Shown here one piece after another: positions 17,592 to 28,830 of a DNA stretch of 57,524 nt. Both the position numbers and the translations under genes were made by a program. The DNA is taken from the IMG/VR virus record IMGVR_UViG_3300020382_000273, positions 1-57,524 of that record; one strand, given 5' to 3'. This DNA comes from a virus. Taxonomy: Duplodnaviria; Caudoviricetes. The notes beneath the pieces are model-generated. The model made no database searches. It was not told the DNA's origin and worked only from the letters and a program-made list of their open reading frames with translations. Positions within the stretch are counted from its first letter, which is position 1; the number at the start of each line of letters is the position of its first letter.

Positions 17592-20024
17592 TTAATCTTC
17601 TAAAATGTTACCAATTTTATCTTTATATAATCCCATATCATCTTGAGTATACACAACGTTTTTAACCGTTTTTGTTAGGAAATCAGTTGCTTCTTTAGAT
17701 TTATATCCTATTCCTACAGCTTCTCTAAATAACTCATTTACATTTTTTTCAAATATTTCATTATCTCCTTTTAAAGTTACTGTCTTTATTGTTTTTCTTT
17801 TCTTAGGATCAGCTGGATCAGTAATAGTAATAGAAATATTCATTCCATTTGGATCTGCTAAAAATTGAACATCTTCTCCTTGACCTTCGTCTTGTTTAAT
17901 ACCTAAAGCTCTGTATAATTTTCCTAACTCATTTGTCATTTTTACTGTTTGTTCTCCATCAACACCATTATCAGTCCAATTACTCATAATGTCTTTGTAT
18001 CCAGGTGATACAGTAAGCATTTGACTAGCACTTTGTCCATCCTTAGCTAAAATATCATCTACAGTAACACCTCTTATAGCATCTTCAAATACAGTCTTAG
18101 TAGTGGTAACATCTATATTTTTTCCTCCACTATCCACACCAGTTGGTTCAGCAAATTCTGAGTATTTATCTCCTAACCTAACCTTTAATCCTGTTCTAGC
18201 TGCAGTTGAAGAACCTTCACCATATACTGCATACAGATTATTTTCAAGTTGTTTTTTAGTCATTTTAAGAAATTGTGGTTGATATTTAGGATTTTTAACC
18301 TTTACATCTTTTCCATCTTCCTTCTTGATAATAAACTCTGGTTGCAATACATATGGACTTCCTGCAGTTCCATCCCCAGAAATTAATTGTTTATCTAAAT
18401 CAAATTTCTTGTTTGGCTCTCTTGTGGTAATATTCATATCTATTGATCCTAAACCTTCGTTTTTGTCAACACCCAGCGTAAACTTAGTCACAACCTCTGC
18501 ACCTGATCTATAATCAAGTTTTCTAACTTCAGTTACACCTTCAGAAAATTTATATTTTGATTGATTCTGTAATGCTTCTAATTCTGCTTTTCCTACCTCT
18601 TGACCACCAACAATTAAATTGCTTATTTTCTCCATTGTATCTATATTATACAATTGTTTGTCAGTAAGCTTATTCAACTTGTCTTTATCTAGTTGATTTT
18701 TGTATGGATCAAATTGTGCTCTAGCTTGTCCAGGTGTAAATTTTCTACCTACTTTACCACTAATAACACCTCTAAAAAAACCTGTAGCAGCTTTTCTTTG
18801 TTCATCATTAGTATCAACTACTAAGATTCCAGCAGGCTTAGTCATCCTCATTCCAATATATTTATTAACTTTTAAGTTTTCATATACAGGTTTTCCATTA
18901 GCATCCCAAGACGTTACAACGTTAACTGATATTTTTTCGTCTGGATTAAACTCTATCATCTTACCAGGGTTTGCTGGATCTGATATATAACCAGTACTGG
19001 TTTCTTGTGCAGTTAATTGTTTAAATCCTTGCGTTCCCATAATAAAATTATCAGTTAACGTACTAGATATATCTCTATTAGTTCGTGTTTTACTATTTAT
19101 AAAACTATTTGCGTAATTAAGAAATTCAGGATTTCTTCTTACATTATCTTCTCTAGATCCGCCTACGAAACCCTGCATACCAATTATAGTTTCATATGAA
19201 TCCAAAACAGTTGGATTAAATGCTGTATCCACATCAGTTTTAACATTTGTTGAATTCCATTCCTCTCCTCCGTTTTGCAATAAAGCTAAAACACTTACAC
19301 CACTTTTATCTTTATCAAGTATAGGCAGACCAGTTTTAATATCCAACACTCTTTTCTGTAAACCAGTAGTTGGATCGAATACTGTTTTATAAACCTCTAC
19401 TATACCATTTCCTTCATCATCAGGTGTAACATTTGTATTATTTAAATCTTGGATAAAAGCGAAACTACTCTGCATTGCAAGATTACCTTGACCAGAAGTT
19501 GGAGGGACAAACACTCCCTTATCATTAGTATAACCTTCATTCATTTCTTTATTTCGTACAGATTGTGCCTCTGCATTATCTACTCTTCCTTTTATTGCTT
19601 GCCAAGTTGCTTTTTGATTAGCTTTATATATACCGTAATCTCTAACAGCAAATTTTCCTCCTAATCCAGAAGTAACTACTTCTTGTCTTTTATAAGTTTG
19701 TGCAATAAAATTATCTATATTCTTTAATGTCCAATTTGATAGTGTAGTATTTGATGGCACATCGCCTAATTCAATACTTCCACCACTAGAAGACTTCTCA
19801 TTTGTAGCACCATCTTTTACAGCCTGATCTCTTAGTAATCTAAGATCTCTTATATCCTTCGAACCTGTTTCTTTAAACTGTTGACGAGTTTCTGCTTTAG
19901 CTTCCTGATCAAGAAGAACTCCTGTTCCAAATTTTGCCAATGAATCTGCAAAACTTGTATTGGCTTTGGATTTTATCGCACCTAGTTTTTCTAATTTAAA
20001 TAAATTCTCTGCCTTTATTGCCAT
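17592..20024 (-). CDS. Internal virion/ejection protein (810 aa)
   Basis: Position between the small and giant internal proteins; no enzyme motifs seen. Confidence 0.55.
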   Translation of the reverse strand: MAIKAENLFKLEKLGAIKSKANTSFADSLAKFGTGVLLDQEAKAETRQQFKETGSKDIRDLRLLRDQAVKDGATNEKSSSGGSIELGDVPSNTTLSNWTLKNIDNFIAQTYKRQEVVTSGLGGKFAVRDYGIYKANQKATWQAIKGRVDNAEAQSVRNKEMNEGYTNDKGVFVPPTSGQGNLAMQSSFAFIQDLNNTNVTPDDEGNGIVEVYKTVFDPTTGLQKRVLDIKTGLPILDKDKSGVSVLALLQNGGEEWNSTNVKTDVDTAFNPTVLDSYETIIGMQGFVGGSREDNVRRNPEFLNYANSFINSKTRTNRDISSTLTDNFIMGTQGFKQLTAQETSTGYISDPANPGKMIEFNPDEKISVNVVTSWDANGKPVYENLKVNKYIGMRMTKPAGILVVDTNDEQRKAATGFFRGVISGKVGRKFTPGQARAQFDPYKNQLDKDKLNKLTDKQLYNIDTMEKISNLIVGGQEVGKAELEALQNQSKYKFSEGVTEVRKLDYRSGAEVVTKFTLGVDKNEGLGSIDMNITTREPNKKFDLDKQLISGDGTAGSPYVLQPEFIIKKEDGKDVKVKNPKYQPQFLKMTKKQLENNLYAVYGEGSSTAARTGLKVRLGDKYSEFAEPTGVDSGGKNIDVTTTKTVFEDAIRGVTVDDILAKDGQSASQMLTVSPGYKDIMSNWTDNGVDGEQTVKMTNELGKLYRALGIKQDEGQGEDVQFLADPNGMNISITITDPADPKKRKTIKTVTLKGDNEIFEKNVNELFREAVGIGYKSKEATDFLTKTVKNVVYTQDDMGLYKDKIGNILED

Positions 20025-20033
20025 ATTATTTTA

Positions 20034-20909
20034 TTATAATTTACCTTTAAACATTGATGCCCAGTCAAAACCACCTAAAAAACCTGATACTTTATCTCCA
20101 ATACCTCCTAAAAAACCACCTACTTTAGATTCTCCAAAATCCTTTCCATCACCTATACCAAAAGCAGTACCAACTTTATTTACTGCATTTCCTATTTTGT
20201 CTATAGTACTTACTTCAGCTTCAGCTGATTCAGCTGCTGCATCTTCTGCATCAAACTTAGCAAACGCTTTTGCTTGTGCTAAAGCATCTGTATCAGAAAG
20301 AGTTTCTCCTTTTGCTTTTGCAGCTGCCTGTAGTGCTTCTGCAGCCTTTTTAAAATCTGAATTAAAGGCTGGTGTTAAGGCACTAACTGCTCCTAAAGCA
20401 GCTGATCCTAAAGCATCCATACCAGTAGAAGTAAGCGTATCAGCTTCTTGTTGTAACAACTTTGATTCAATTCCTGCAGATTCTCCTCTCGTATCTTTCA
20501 TAGTACTCACCAACTCACCTTTTCTATTTCCTTCTATTGCAGCTTTTGTGTCAATATCTAATTTTATCTTGGTCAATGCATCTCTATCTTGACTTCTAGC
20601 AAGATCTTGAGTTGCTTTAATTTTACCAGCTGTTGCAGAAACACCTCTTGTATCACCTTCTGCTGCAGATTCTAAAATTGTAGAACCATCAAGAGTTTTA
20701 AATTCATTAGCTCTATCAAATACTTCCATAGGAGCTTGAATAGAATCTAATCTATTTTGTTCTAAATCTGCTAACGCTTGTTCTTCTAAAGCTAGTTCTT
20801 TTTGTCTAAGTAAACCTGCTTCTCTATCAGCTTCTTTTCCTGCTTGAAGTCCAGCATAGCCTTTATAAGCCATTGATCCCAAAGATAAAATTGTTGATGT
20901 TACTTGCAT
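20034..20909 (-). CDS. Internal virion/ejection protein (Ala/Gly-rich)
   Basis: Hydrophobic G/A-rich N-terminus, coiled coil, GGFLGG repeats at the C-terminus; typical first ejection protein. Confidence 0.6.
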   Translation of the reverse strand: MQVTSTILSLGSMAYKGYAGLQAGKEADREAGLLRQKELALEEQALADLEQNRLDSIQAPMEVFDRANEFKTLDGSTILESAAEGDTRGVSATAGKIKATQDLARSQDRDALTKIKLDIDTKAAIEGNRKGELVSTMKDTRGESAGIESKLLQQEADTLTSTGMDALGSAALGAVSALTPAFNSDFKKAAEALQAAAKAKGETLSDTDALAQAKAFAKFDAEDAAAESAEAEVSTIDKIGNAVNKVGTAFGIGDGKDFGESKVGGFLGGIGDKVSGFLGGFDWASMFKGKL

Positions 20910-20910
20910 A

Positions 20911-21321
20911 TTATAATATTTTAATCATTTCTTTATTGTATTGACCTGCCTCCATATAACCTTGTTCTTTATATACATTTATTAAACTATCTGACTTTAT
21001 TAAAGCATAAGCATATTTACAATTGCTTTTTTTTAGTGTTTGAGTTAGAACATTTATAAGCTTTTCTAATGCTTCTTTTCTTTTTGATTTATCTTTATAA
21101 TGAAAATTAGAAATAATCCAATCACACCATCCTACTTTGGAGTTAGTTACATAAATAAATCCTGCACAAACAGGAATATCTTCATCGTAAACAATATATC
21201 CACCTTTACCATTTTCAGGTAAAAAATCTTTAGGAGGAGCTTTCCATCTCCAATCATTCCACCAATTTACTAAAATTTCCTCGTAGTCAGTATCTTTTAA
21301 TTTTTTTATAATAAATCCCAT
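20911..21321 (-). CDS. GNAT-fold acetyltransferase-like protein
   Basis: PVCAGFIY..VGWCDWIISN..LINVYKEQGY; position like T7 gp13; start taken at MGFII. Confidence 0.6.
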   Translation of the reverse strand: MGFIIKKLKDTDYEEILVNWWNDWRWKAPPKDFLPENGKGGYIVYDEDIPVCAGFIYVTNSKVGWCDWIISNFHYKDKSKRKEALEKLINVLTQTLKKSNCKYAYALIKSDSLINVYKEQGYMEAGQYNKEMIKIL

Positions 21322-21325
21322 AACC

Positions 21326-21333
21326 CAAAGATA
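21326..21333 (-). promoter_or_regulatory. Bacteroidota -7 promoter box TAtcTTTG
   Basis: Exact consensus in the intergenic gap. Confidence 0.65.
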
Positions 21334-21339
21334 CAAAAT

Positions 21340-22089
21340 CTATGGGAAACTTTTAAAGACTTGAGTGTTTACAGAAAATAACTCAACCGCACTTGTACTG
21401 GTATTTGTTAAAGTAAATTCTAAATAATAACCTAACATACCATAAGACTCAGCAACTGAATCTTTTAAGTAAACAACTTGATCACCACCAACTATATCTC
21501 CTACTGGAATTGCAATTGTAATTGCTGTTCTATTTTCAGATATTGCAGTAACTGGTCCTACTTCAGATAAAACTCCAGCGGATACTTTATATACTTTATC
21601 ACCAATACTTAAAATTGAATCCACAGAAAAACTAAAACTTATAACTACTGGTGGAGCTGCAACACTACCAGTTACAGTCAAACAAGTTCCAATACCTTGT
21701 GTAGAACGTAAATTTAAATTTTGAGAACCTGAATTATATCTAATAAAACTAAAGAATGATCCTTCTTTTAAAGAATAATAATCAGCAGCAATACTACCTG
21801 ATTGTAAATCAGTAATTAAAGTTGTTGCCCATCTACCATCAGATTCTAATTCAATTGTTTTAAATATTTTTGCTTGTAAAGGTTGATCGTTTAAAACTCC
21901 TGTTATAGTAGAATTATATTGAATACCATAATAGTTGTTTCTTAACACATTAGTATTGTGACGATATAAATTACCTTTATTAAAAGTATATAAATATTGA
22001 TTCATACCCATTATATAGTCTGGAAAAAAACTATAAAACGATGGAAATCCTTTAACTCCTTGACTATATGTTAATGTATAACTTGGCAT
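21340..22089 (-). CDS. Tail nozzle/stabilisation protein, C-terminal part
   Basis: TLTYS..FPSFYSF.P..LYRHN..NYYG..S..V.N..P..KIFKTIELES resembles the C-termini of P22 gp10/crAss muzzle-like proteins. Confidence 0.6.
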   Translation of the reverse strand: MPSYTLTYSQGVKGFPSFYSFFPDYIMGMNQYLYTFNKGNLYRHNTNVLRNNYYGIQYNSTITGVLNDQPLQAKIFKTIELESDGRWATTLITDLQSGSIAADYYSLKEGSFFSFIRYNSGSQNLNLRSTQGIGTCLTVTGSVAAPPVVISFSFSVDSILSIGDKVYKVSAGVLSEVGPVTAISENRTAITIAIPVGDIVGGDQVVYLKDSVAESYGMLGYYLEFTLTNTSTSAVELFSVNTQVFKSFP

Positions 22090-22109
22090 ATTTATTTATT
22101 TATTTATTA

Positions 22110-23033
22110 TTATGGACAAATCGCTATAAGTAAAACAGCTCCTGAAGCATTTACTGTTGCAGACTCAGTTGCACCACCTCCAACGTCAGATGGACCAATT
22201 CCTCTGTAGTTACTCCACGTAACAGTTGATGATCCAGGAGAAGATCCTGAATAAATAATATCACCGACTTGAGGTAAAGTTCCTGATCCATTATGATATA
22301 AAAGTTGACTAGTATTAATTCCACACATACCATCGGCTAAAGTAGAAGTTCCTGCTGTTACAAAGAAAGAGGTATTAGCTGCTCCACAAGATGGACAAAC
22401 ACTTAAAGATCCTAATGTAGAACCAGTAATTTGTCTATAACTTGTTGTACCAGGAGTTCTATAAAACCCTGCGGCTGCAACAGTACCTGATGTATCTGTA
22501 TATACATTACTAGTAGTAGATAATGAAGATCCATAATCAACAAAGTATGAAGAAGTTACTCTACTAACACAACATAAATCATTTGCAGAAGTTACATTAA
22601 ATTCTAAATTAACAGCACTATAACAAGCAGAGCAAGATGCTACCGCTGCTAAAACACTACCAGTCATTTGCCTATATTGGTTTCCAGCTGGTTCTCCATA
22701 GAATCCATCTGGTGCTATTGTAGTTAAATTAACATCAGTAAATATATTTGTAGTATTTAAAAAAGTTAAACCATTTGGATAATAATATTGTACAGATGTT
22801 TGCGTTAAACAACAAAGATCTTGAGATACCGTAGAAACATAATCTAAAGAATCAAATGTAAAACAATCAGCACATACATTAGAAGATAATAATAACCCAC
22901 TTAACTGTTGTCTATATTGTCCACCAAATTGATAAAAACCATCAGCGGATTTAATTGTTAAATTAACATCATCATAGACTGCGTTTGCAGTTAAAAAACT
23001 TACTGAATCTATAAACTTATTTACTACACTCAT
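22110..23033 (-). CDS. Cys-rich repeat structural protein
   Basis: About four repeats of 'Y.D..LT..A.DGFY...YRQ....L.....C..C ... DLCC'. Confidence 0.65.
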   Translation of the reverse strand: MSVVNKFIDSVSFLTANAVYDDVNLTIKSADGFYQFGGQYRQQLSGLLLSSNVCADCFTFDSLDYVSTVSQDLCCLTQTSVQYYYPNGLTFLNTTNIFTDVNLTTIAPDGFYGEPAGNQYRQMTGSVLAAVASCSACYSAVNLEFNVTSANDLCCVSRVTSSYFVDYGSSLSTTSNVYTDTSGTVAAAGFYRTPGTTSYRQITGSTLGSLSVCPSCGAANTSFFVTAGTSTLADGMCGINTSQLLYHNGSGTLPQVGDIIYSGSSPGSSTVTWSNYRGIGPSDVGGGATESATVNASGAVLLIAICP

Positions 23034-23064
23034 ATCATATAATTGTTATGTTCACACTCATCAT

Positions 23065-26000
23065 TTAAGGACAACACTCCGTGTAGTTAAATGATATATT
23101 AAAACTCTGACCTGTTGATCCAGAATAAACTAAATCAGTTACAACACAAGGACTTGTTAAATTATTACCTGTTGTTAAATAGTTTCTTAATCCTATAGAA
23201 CCAAAGTTACCATTATTATTTGATTGAGTATTCCTTAACTCTAAAGTATTAGCACCACCCACTACAAAATTAGGGTTGAATCTATATGTAACCATAAGGT
23301 TTAAAGGACAAACAAAATCACTAGTTACAATTGTAGAACTTGCATTATTAGATGCAATAAATACTGATCCAGCTTGTGTATTAGAATTTAAATCTAATGC
23401 TCCTATGTAGTTGTTATTTAAATATACATCAAAATTATCATCTTTAGCAGAGTTACTATTACACACTTGAAAAACTAAAGTTCTATCTGGACAAGTAGGT
23501 GCATCAGTTCCGCAATCACAACAAGATGAAGTAGAAGAGGAAGCATCATAACATAACTCAATTGCAGTAGATACTCTATAATCCCAAACTAAATATAAAT
23601 AATCATTGTTAGCTGCATTACTATATGTAAAAGGAGCTGAATAAGTATTTAAACCAGTTAACGTAATAGGGGTAGCAGTATTCAACAATGGTATTAATGT
23701 ATTAATATCAGCTTCGTTATAATTAACATTAGAAACTAAATATTTAAATTTATCCGATAAAGGATCAAAAATAAATGTATCTCCACTTGGTTGTAAGTTT
23801 TGCATTGTCACAGTTGATCCAGATGTTGGAATAGTACCAAACGATGCAGGACCAGTTTGAGAAGCAAATAAAGAAGTACCATCTTCTTCTAATATAATAT
23901 TGTCACTTTGAAAAGGACTGGTTGTAACACCATCTGACCATCTGTATCTTATAGAAGAAGTTAAAGAAGCATCGCCACTTTCATTAATAACAATACGTTT
24001 TACAGTTAGATTTTCCGTTGAAGGACATCCAATAGTAACAGAATAAGTTGCTGCGGTAGGTGTAATTGTTACCTGTGCACCAACTGGGAATGCTTGATTT
24101 TTATTCCACGTTAATGTTCCTGTTCCTGAAATTGTTTGATTAACTACATCTATACCATTATAATTAATTAATAGTACAGCCGAACCTGCAGTAAAATTAT
24201 AAACAACTGATACAATACCTATAGTTGAAGTACAATTAAGGTCAAAAACAACTGCTTTACTCGATAACGTTTGTCTTATATTATATCCACAATCTCTTTT
24301 AGTTGGTTCAACAGGTACAATACTAGAGTTACTGCTTAGTACATATTCATCCATATATGGATCATAACCTCCTAATTTTTGTGTATTAAAATCATCAGTA
24401 AATAAATCTCTAAACCAACTACGCATACCTTGATTAGATATTACTTCTAATTTGTCAGACTTAGCACTAATTCCACCTCTTAAATTTAATACAGAACTTC
24501 TTTTAGCATCTGTAAAAAATACATCATACCCATAATGAGCAAAACTTTCAGGGTTATTACTAATACCATATTCTTCTATACGAGCTAATTGAGTTCCTAA
24601 AACTTCTGGTATAGAAGCAATAGCTCCACCAGCGGCTGCATCAGATAAAAGATTCTTTTCTACTAATACATATGAGATTTTATCTTCTTGTAATGTTAAA
24701 ATATCTGTTTGTCTTGCGTGTAATTTTCTTATAGGACCAAATGATGATTCTAAAGATTTAAAATTAGCTAAAGCTAAATTAAATTCATTTAGTTTATTAA
24801 CGTTCGTTTCTAAATTAAAGTTTCCACTATAAGTTATGTCAGCAAATCGTAAATTTTCTTTATAATCCTCTTCAGAAACTGCAGTTACTTTTTCTCCCAA
24901 AGTAAAACTTTGAGTTGTTAAAGCATCTAAAACCCTATTAGACTCACAACCATTACCAAAAACAAATGCATTAGAAAATGTTAAATTAATAATAGCAGGT
25001 AATAAACTAGTTTGATTTTGATCTGTAGTATTTGAACCAGATTGATGATTACCAGAAGTTATATCAAAAACTTGTTCGTTTTCAAAATACAATTCTGTAT
25101 TAGCATCTTTTGCTTCAGTTTCAAATATCATTAATGTAGTTGCTCTTTGAACAATTAATTCTACTGTTGCATAAGAATTTCTTATATCTAAACCACGACA
25201 TTTTTGTGTCCCTGTTTGATGAACTAAATACATTTTTCCATTTGCAGCATCAGTTTGAAAAGTAACATATGACTGCGAATCAGTAGCTAATCTAGTAAAA
25301 AATGAATATAATGTACTAGGTTGATTTATATTGTTTGGACCACCATCATCAGTTGTACCATCAGTTGAACCATTTGTTAAATCAATATTTTGACCTTCTA
25401 CAAAAGCATACATACTTTCGTAGTCTTGACCAGCGGTAAATGTTTTATTATAATTATACTTTTTAGCACCACATCTGTTTCCTCTTCTAGATCTACTCTC
25501 GGTTAGTATTATAGTAACAATACTACCTGCTGGTATTGTGTAAGGAATAAATTCATCAGTTGCTCCAGTACTATCAGGATTTTTAATTGAAACACTATAT
25601 TTAACAGCACAAAAATCACCTGAACTACAAGTTTCTTGACCTGTATTTATCAAAGAATCTGGTGCAATTGCAGCTGCAAAATTTGAAGGTCTTAATTGCA
25701 TATATACTCCACCTGGTTGTGTACAATCTGGATCTACTTTAACGCCATTGCTATCTCTAGCACATAAAAAATCTTTAACTTGAGATCCGTAATCTAAAAC
25801 TTTAGTTTCAACACATCTTAATACTGCTCCTGTAGTATCAGCTTTTACTTTTAAATTTTCATCTAAAACTACTTTACTTTTATTGTCTCCTTCTAGTTTA
25901 AACCACACATTACCAGTTTCTTCTTCTGGAAAAAATATGTTTGAAAATACTGTACGATATTCATCTTTAGATGGTTTTAATACAAACTTGTATTTTTTTG

Positions 26001-27903
26001 CCCAAAATGGAGGATAACTACTTAATGTTATTTTTATTGTGTTTTTAGTAATAGAATTTTCACAAGGCATATAAATAGTGTTATTTATATCCACTAAAGC
26101 AGTACTAGCTCTACCATACTCATCTTCATAAACAACTGCTACTTCATAATCTCTATCACTATGTAATGTTTTTCTAGAAGAATCTAAACTATAAAGAAGT
26201 TCTGATTGTCTAATAGTAAGGTATTCAAAAGCAAAAACACCTAAAGCTGTAGGTGGTACAGTTGCTTGATTATATGCTTCAAATTTTAATGCTTGAGGAG
26301 TTAATGTAAAAACATTACTACCTGGAGTAGAAGTAATTACAATACCCTGATCAATTCCTGACAATCCAAAACCAACTTTTTCCCATCCACCTGCTGCATT
26401 AGTAACAATACCACAGTTAATTAAATCTGTAACAGAAGAACCGTTTGTACATCCTGAAGAACATTTGATAGGAAAACAATTAGATGAAGAAGGAGCTACA
26501 AATGTAGTTATACCATCTATAAAAGCTTGACTAGTAACCATATCGTGTGCATTGTCAAAATTTTGTTGAAGAGTAAATAAAAATGTTCCAACAAATTCAT
26601 TAAGAGGTTCATTACCATCTATATAAGTTGCTGATCCAGAAAATTGTCCGTGTCCAAAATTAAATGAAATACCTATTTGTGATCCTGTTATTAAAGCAAA
26701 ACCTGTAGTATCATAACTTGCAGTTGCATTTAATTGATTTACAGCTCCATTTATTGTATAAGTAAAAGCAGTATTAACAGAATCTTTTTCACCTGCACCT
26801 AATGATTCGCTTACTCTTTCTAATGTATAATCTAAATATACACTTTGACCAGCTGAATTTGTAATATTATATCCATCTATATAATTACCATACATTAATC
26901 TATTGCCCATTATTGTTTGAGCTTGAGCATATCTAGGTACATTATCATACAATCTTAGCATTTGTGCTGCAGGAAGTACTGTATAAATTTTTTGATTAGT
27001 AAATTGAAAAGTTTGATTAATATTATCTAACCAACCTTGATCAACTTTATTAAATTTTTCGATAACATTTACTGTTACCATTTCAGAATTTTTAAATAAT
27101 AAATCAATTCCTACAACATTTCTACCACCAGTATTAAACTCTACAATAACACTATTGAAAACATTTTCCATTGAAGCATTATTATAAGTAGCAAAATCTA
27201 ATGAAAATGGTCCTGGAGTAAATGATATTGGGGAAAATGGTGATATTGCTGAATACTCATTATCTTCATATTTGTATCTATAAGCAAAAGATATCATAAT
27301 ATCTTTCATAAAATTTTCTCCACCACCTTGTTGAATAGGCGTTAATGTAGGTGCAAATAAAGGCGGTGCTAAAATAACACCAATGTCTTGTTCAAATATT
27401 TGATCAACATCACTTATAGGATATGGATAGGTTCTATTTACATTTATTTTTCTTGGAGCATTTAAATTATCAGTAAAAAATAATAACCCATCTATTAAAT
27501 TAATACCAGTAACTAAATTTAAATTATTAAAATTTAAAAGACTAGTAGAAATAACGTGATAAAAAAGTAAATCTAAATTAGTATTATATGAAACTATCAT
27601 ATCTACTTTACCAGTACTTGAAGTTTCATTAGCTGGATCATTTACAAACCAATATAAAGTTTCTGTACCTCCATCTTCAAATGAACCAATACATTTAGAT
27701 TTATCACTTAAAGCTTGACCTTCATATGTTAAAATAGTTAACGTAGAATTTCCTAAAGAATTTTCTACAGCTCCAATTTCTGTATTTTCAGTAGAACCTA
27801 ATCTACAATTTAAAGCATCAATATATTCGCCTTGAGCAACTAATCGCTCATCAACGCTTTTATTCATTCTTCCTTTTATAAAATTTCTTGTAAACTGAGG
27901 CAT
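23065..27903 (-). CDS. Tail nozzle/stabilisation protein (1612 aa) with C-terminal extra domains
   Basis: FIKGRMNKSVDERL..GEYIDALN, LLFFTDNLNAPRKIN, GNRLMYGNY, EYGISNNPES, GGYDPY motifs. Confidence 0.8.
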   Translation of the reverse strand: MPQFTRNFIKGRMNKSVDERLVAQGEYIDALNCRLGSTENTEIGAVENSLGNSTLTILTYEGQALSDKSKCIGSFEDGGTETLYWFVNDPANETSSTGKVDMIVSYNTNLDLLFYHVISTSLLNFNNLNLVTGINLIDGLLFFTDNLNAPRKINVNRTYPYPISDVDQIFEQDIGVILAPPLFAPTLTPIQQGGGENFMKDIMISFAYRYKYEDNEYSAISPFSPISFTPGPFSLDFATYNNASMENVFNSVIVEFNTGGRNVVGIDLLFKNSEMVTVNVIEKFNKVDQGWLDNINQTFQFTNQKIYTVLPAAQMLRLYDNVPRYAQAQTIMGNRLMYGNYIDGYNITNSAGQSVYLDYTLERVSESLGAGEKDSVNTAFTYTINGAVNQLNATASYDTTGFALITGSQIGISFNFGHGQFSGSATYIDGNEPLNEFVGTFLFTLQQNFDNAHDMVTSQAFIDGITTFVAPSSSNCFPIKCSSGCTNGSSVTDLINCGIVTNAAGGWEKVGFGLSGIDQGIVITSTPGSNVFTLTPQALKFEAYNQATVPPTALGVFAFEYLTIRQSELLYSLDSSRKTLHSDRDYEVAVVYEDEYGRASTALVDINNTIYMPCENSITKNTIKITLSSYPPFWAKKYKFVLKPSKDEYRTVFSNIFFPEEETGNVWFKLEGDNKSKVVLDENLKVKADTTGAVLRCVETKVLDYGSQVKDFLCARDSNGVKVDPDCTQPGGVYMQLRPSNFAAAIAPDSLINTGQETCSSGDFCAVKYSVSIKNPDSTGATDEFIPYTIPAGSIVTIILTESRSRRGNRCGAKKYNYNKTFTAGQDYESMYAFVEGQNIDLTNGSTDGTTDDGGPNNINQPSTLYSFFTRLATDSQSYVTFQTDAANGKMYLVHQTGTQKCRGLDIRNSYATVELIVQRATTLMIFETEAKDANTELYFENEQVFDITSGNHQSGSNTTDQNQTSLLPAIINLTFSNAFVFGNGCESNRVLDALTTQSFTLGEKVTAVSEEDYKENLRFADITYSGNFNLETNVNKLNEFNLALANFKSLESSFGPIRKLHARQTDILTLQEDKISYVLVEKNLLSDAAAGGAIASIPEVLGTQLARIEEYGISNNPESFAHYGYDVFFTDAKRSSVLNLRGGISAKSDKLEVISNQGMRSWFRDLFTDDFNTQKLGGYDPYMDEYVLSSNSSIVPVEPTKRDCGYNIRQTLSSKAVVFDLNCTSTIGIVSVVYNFTAGSAVLLINYNGIDVVNQTISGTGTLTWNKNQAFPVGAQVTITPTAATYSVTIGCPSTENLTVKRIVINESGDASLTSSIRYRWSDGVTTSPFQSDNIILEEDGTSLFASQTGPASFGTIPTSGSTVTMQNLQPSGDTFIFDPLSDKFKYLVSNVNYNEADINTLIPLLNTATPITLTGLNTYSAPFTYSNAANNDYLYLVWDYRVSTAIELCYDASSSTSSCCDCGTDAPTCPDRTLVFQVCNSNSAKDDNFDVYLNNNYIGALDLNSNTQAGSVFIASNNASSTIVTSDFVCPLNLMVTYRFNPNFVVGGANTLELRNTQSNNNGNFGSIGLRNYLTTGNNLTSPCVVTDLVYSGSTGQSFNISFNYTECCP

Positions 27904-27904
27904 A

Positions 27905-28828
27905 TTATTTTAACCATTTAGATTGACCTCTTAGATTCATTAATAATCTACCAGGGTGTATGTTACTTAATCTTAATTTTGCGTTTCGTAATAAAGCAGC
28001 TTTGTCTTTTTTTGCTCTATTAATAATATATTCTTGTACTCCGTATTTACTGGTTAATATAGCATATTTTATATAGGCATAAATAAAATCTTCAAATAAT
28101 TTATTTAAATTTATTTGAGAATCTACACCATTTTTCATACCATCAGAAACATATTCAAGAATACAAAGTTCTCCTGACATTCCTGAGCTAAAATTAATTA
28201 CTCCTGAAGCTTTATCAATTACAAATGTAGGATTAGCGTTTGCTGTTTCTGTATTTAAACCAAACCTATTACCAATATTATAATCAAAATACCACATCCC
28301 ATCAATATTAAACCCTTCATTACCATTTTGTGGACTGTTTGCATTTAGATAAATAGATTTTTGCGTGTTTGCAATTCTATCCATATCTAAAGTAGAATTT
28401 TCAGGTTTTAAAATATTACCGTTTTCATCAAATAAAATTCTATAATTATTATCTTGTAGATATGCTCCACTCCAATTTGTTTGTATATTTTCAGTTAATG
28501 GCATTAATACACCATTTTTGTATAAAGATATTCTAACCCAATTTACATAATCTTGAGGCAAAATAAATCTTAATTGATCAGATACATTTAATTCTAATAT
28601 TTTAATTTCTTTCATAGCATCATAATTCAATTCTTGAATTCCTCTTTTTGCGTGAAATAAAATATTATATTTTTCTACGTTATTAATTAGTTTATCATTA
28701 CCAACATACATTAAAATAAAGTTAGTTACAATGTCATCTAATGTTACATATTGATAAGATCCCCAATTAGAATCTTCAGGTGCAGTTCCATTATTTTCGT
28801 AATACTGATAGTCAGTTATATAAGCCAT
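27905..28828 (-). CDS. Head-tail adaptor/ring protein
   Basis: FHAKRGIQEL, LPQDYVNWVRIS, LEYVSDG; lies between capsid and nozzle genes. Confidence 0.6.
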   Translation of the reverse strand: MAYITDYQYYENNGTAPEDSNWGSYQYVTLDDIVTNFILMYVGNDKLINNVEKYNILFHAKRGIQELNYDAMKEIKILELNVSDQLRFILPQDYVNWVRISLYKNGVLMPLTENIQTNWSGAYLQDNNYRILFDENGNILKPENSTLDMDRIANTQKSIYLNANSPQNGNEGFNIDGMWYFDYNIGNRFGLNTETANANPTFVIDKASGVINFSSGMSGELCILEYVSDGMKNGVDSQINLNKLFEDFIYAYIKYAILTSKYGVQEYIINRAKKDKAALLRNAKLRLSNIHPGRLLMNLRGQSKWLK

Positions 28829-28830
28829 AT

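Noticed and set aside
23035-23064. 9-codon ORF MMSVNITII between two tail genes
   Set aside because: Too short to support; at most a translational-coupling spacer
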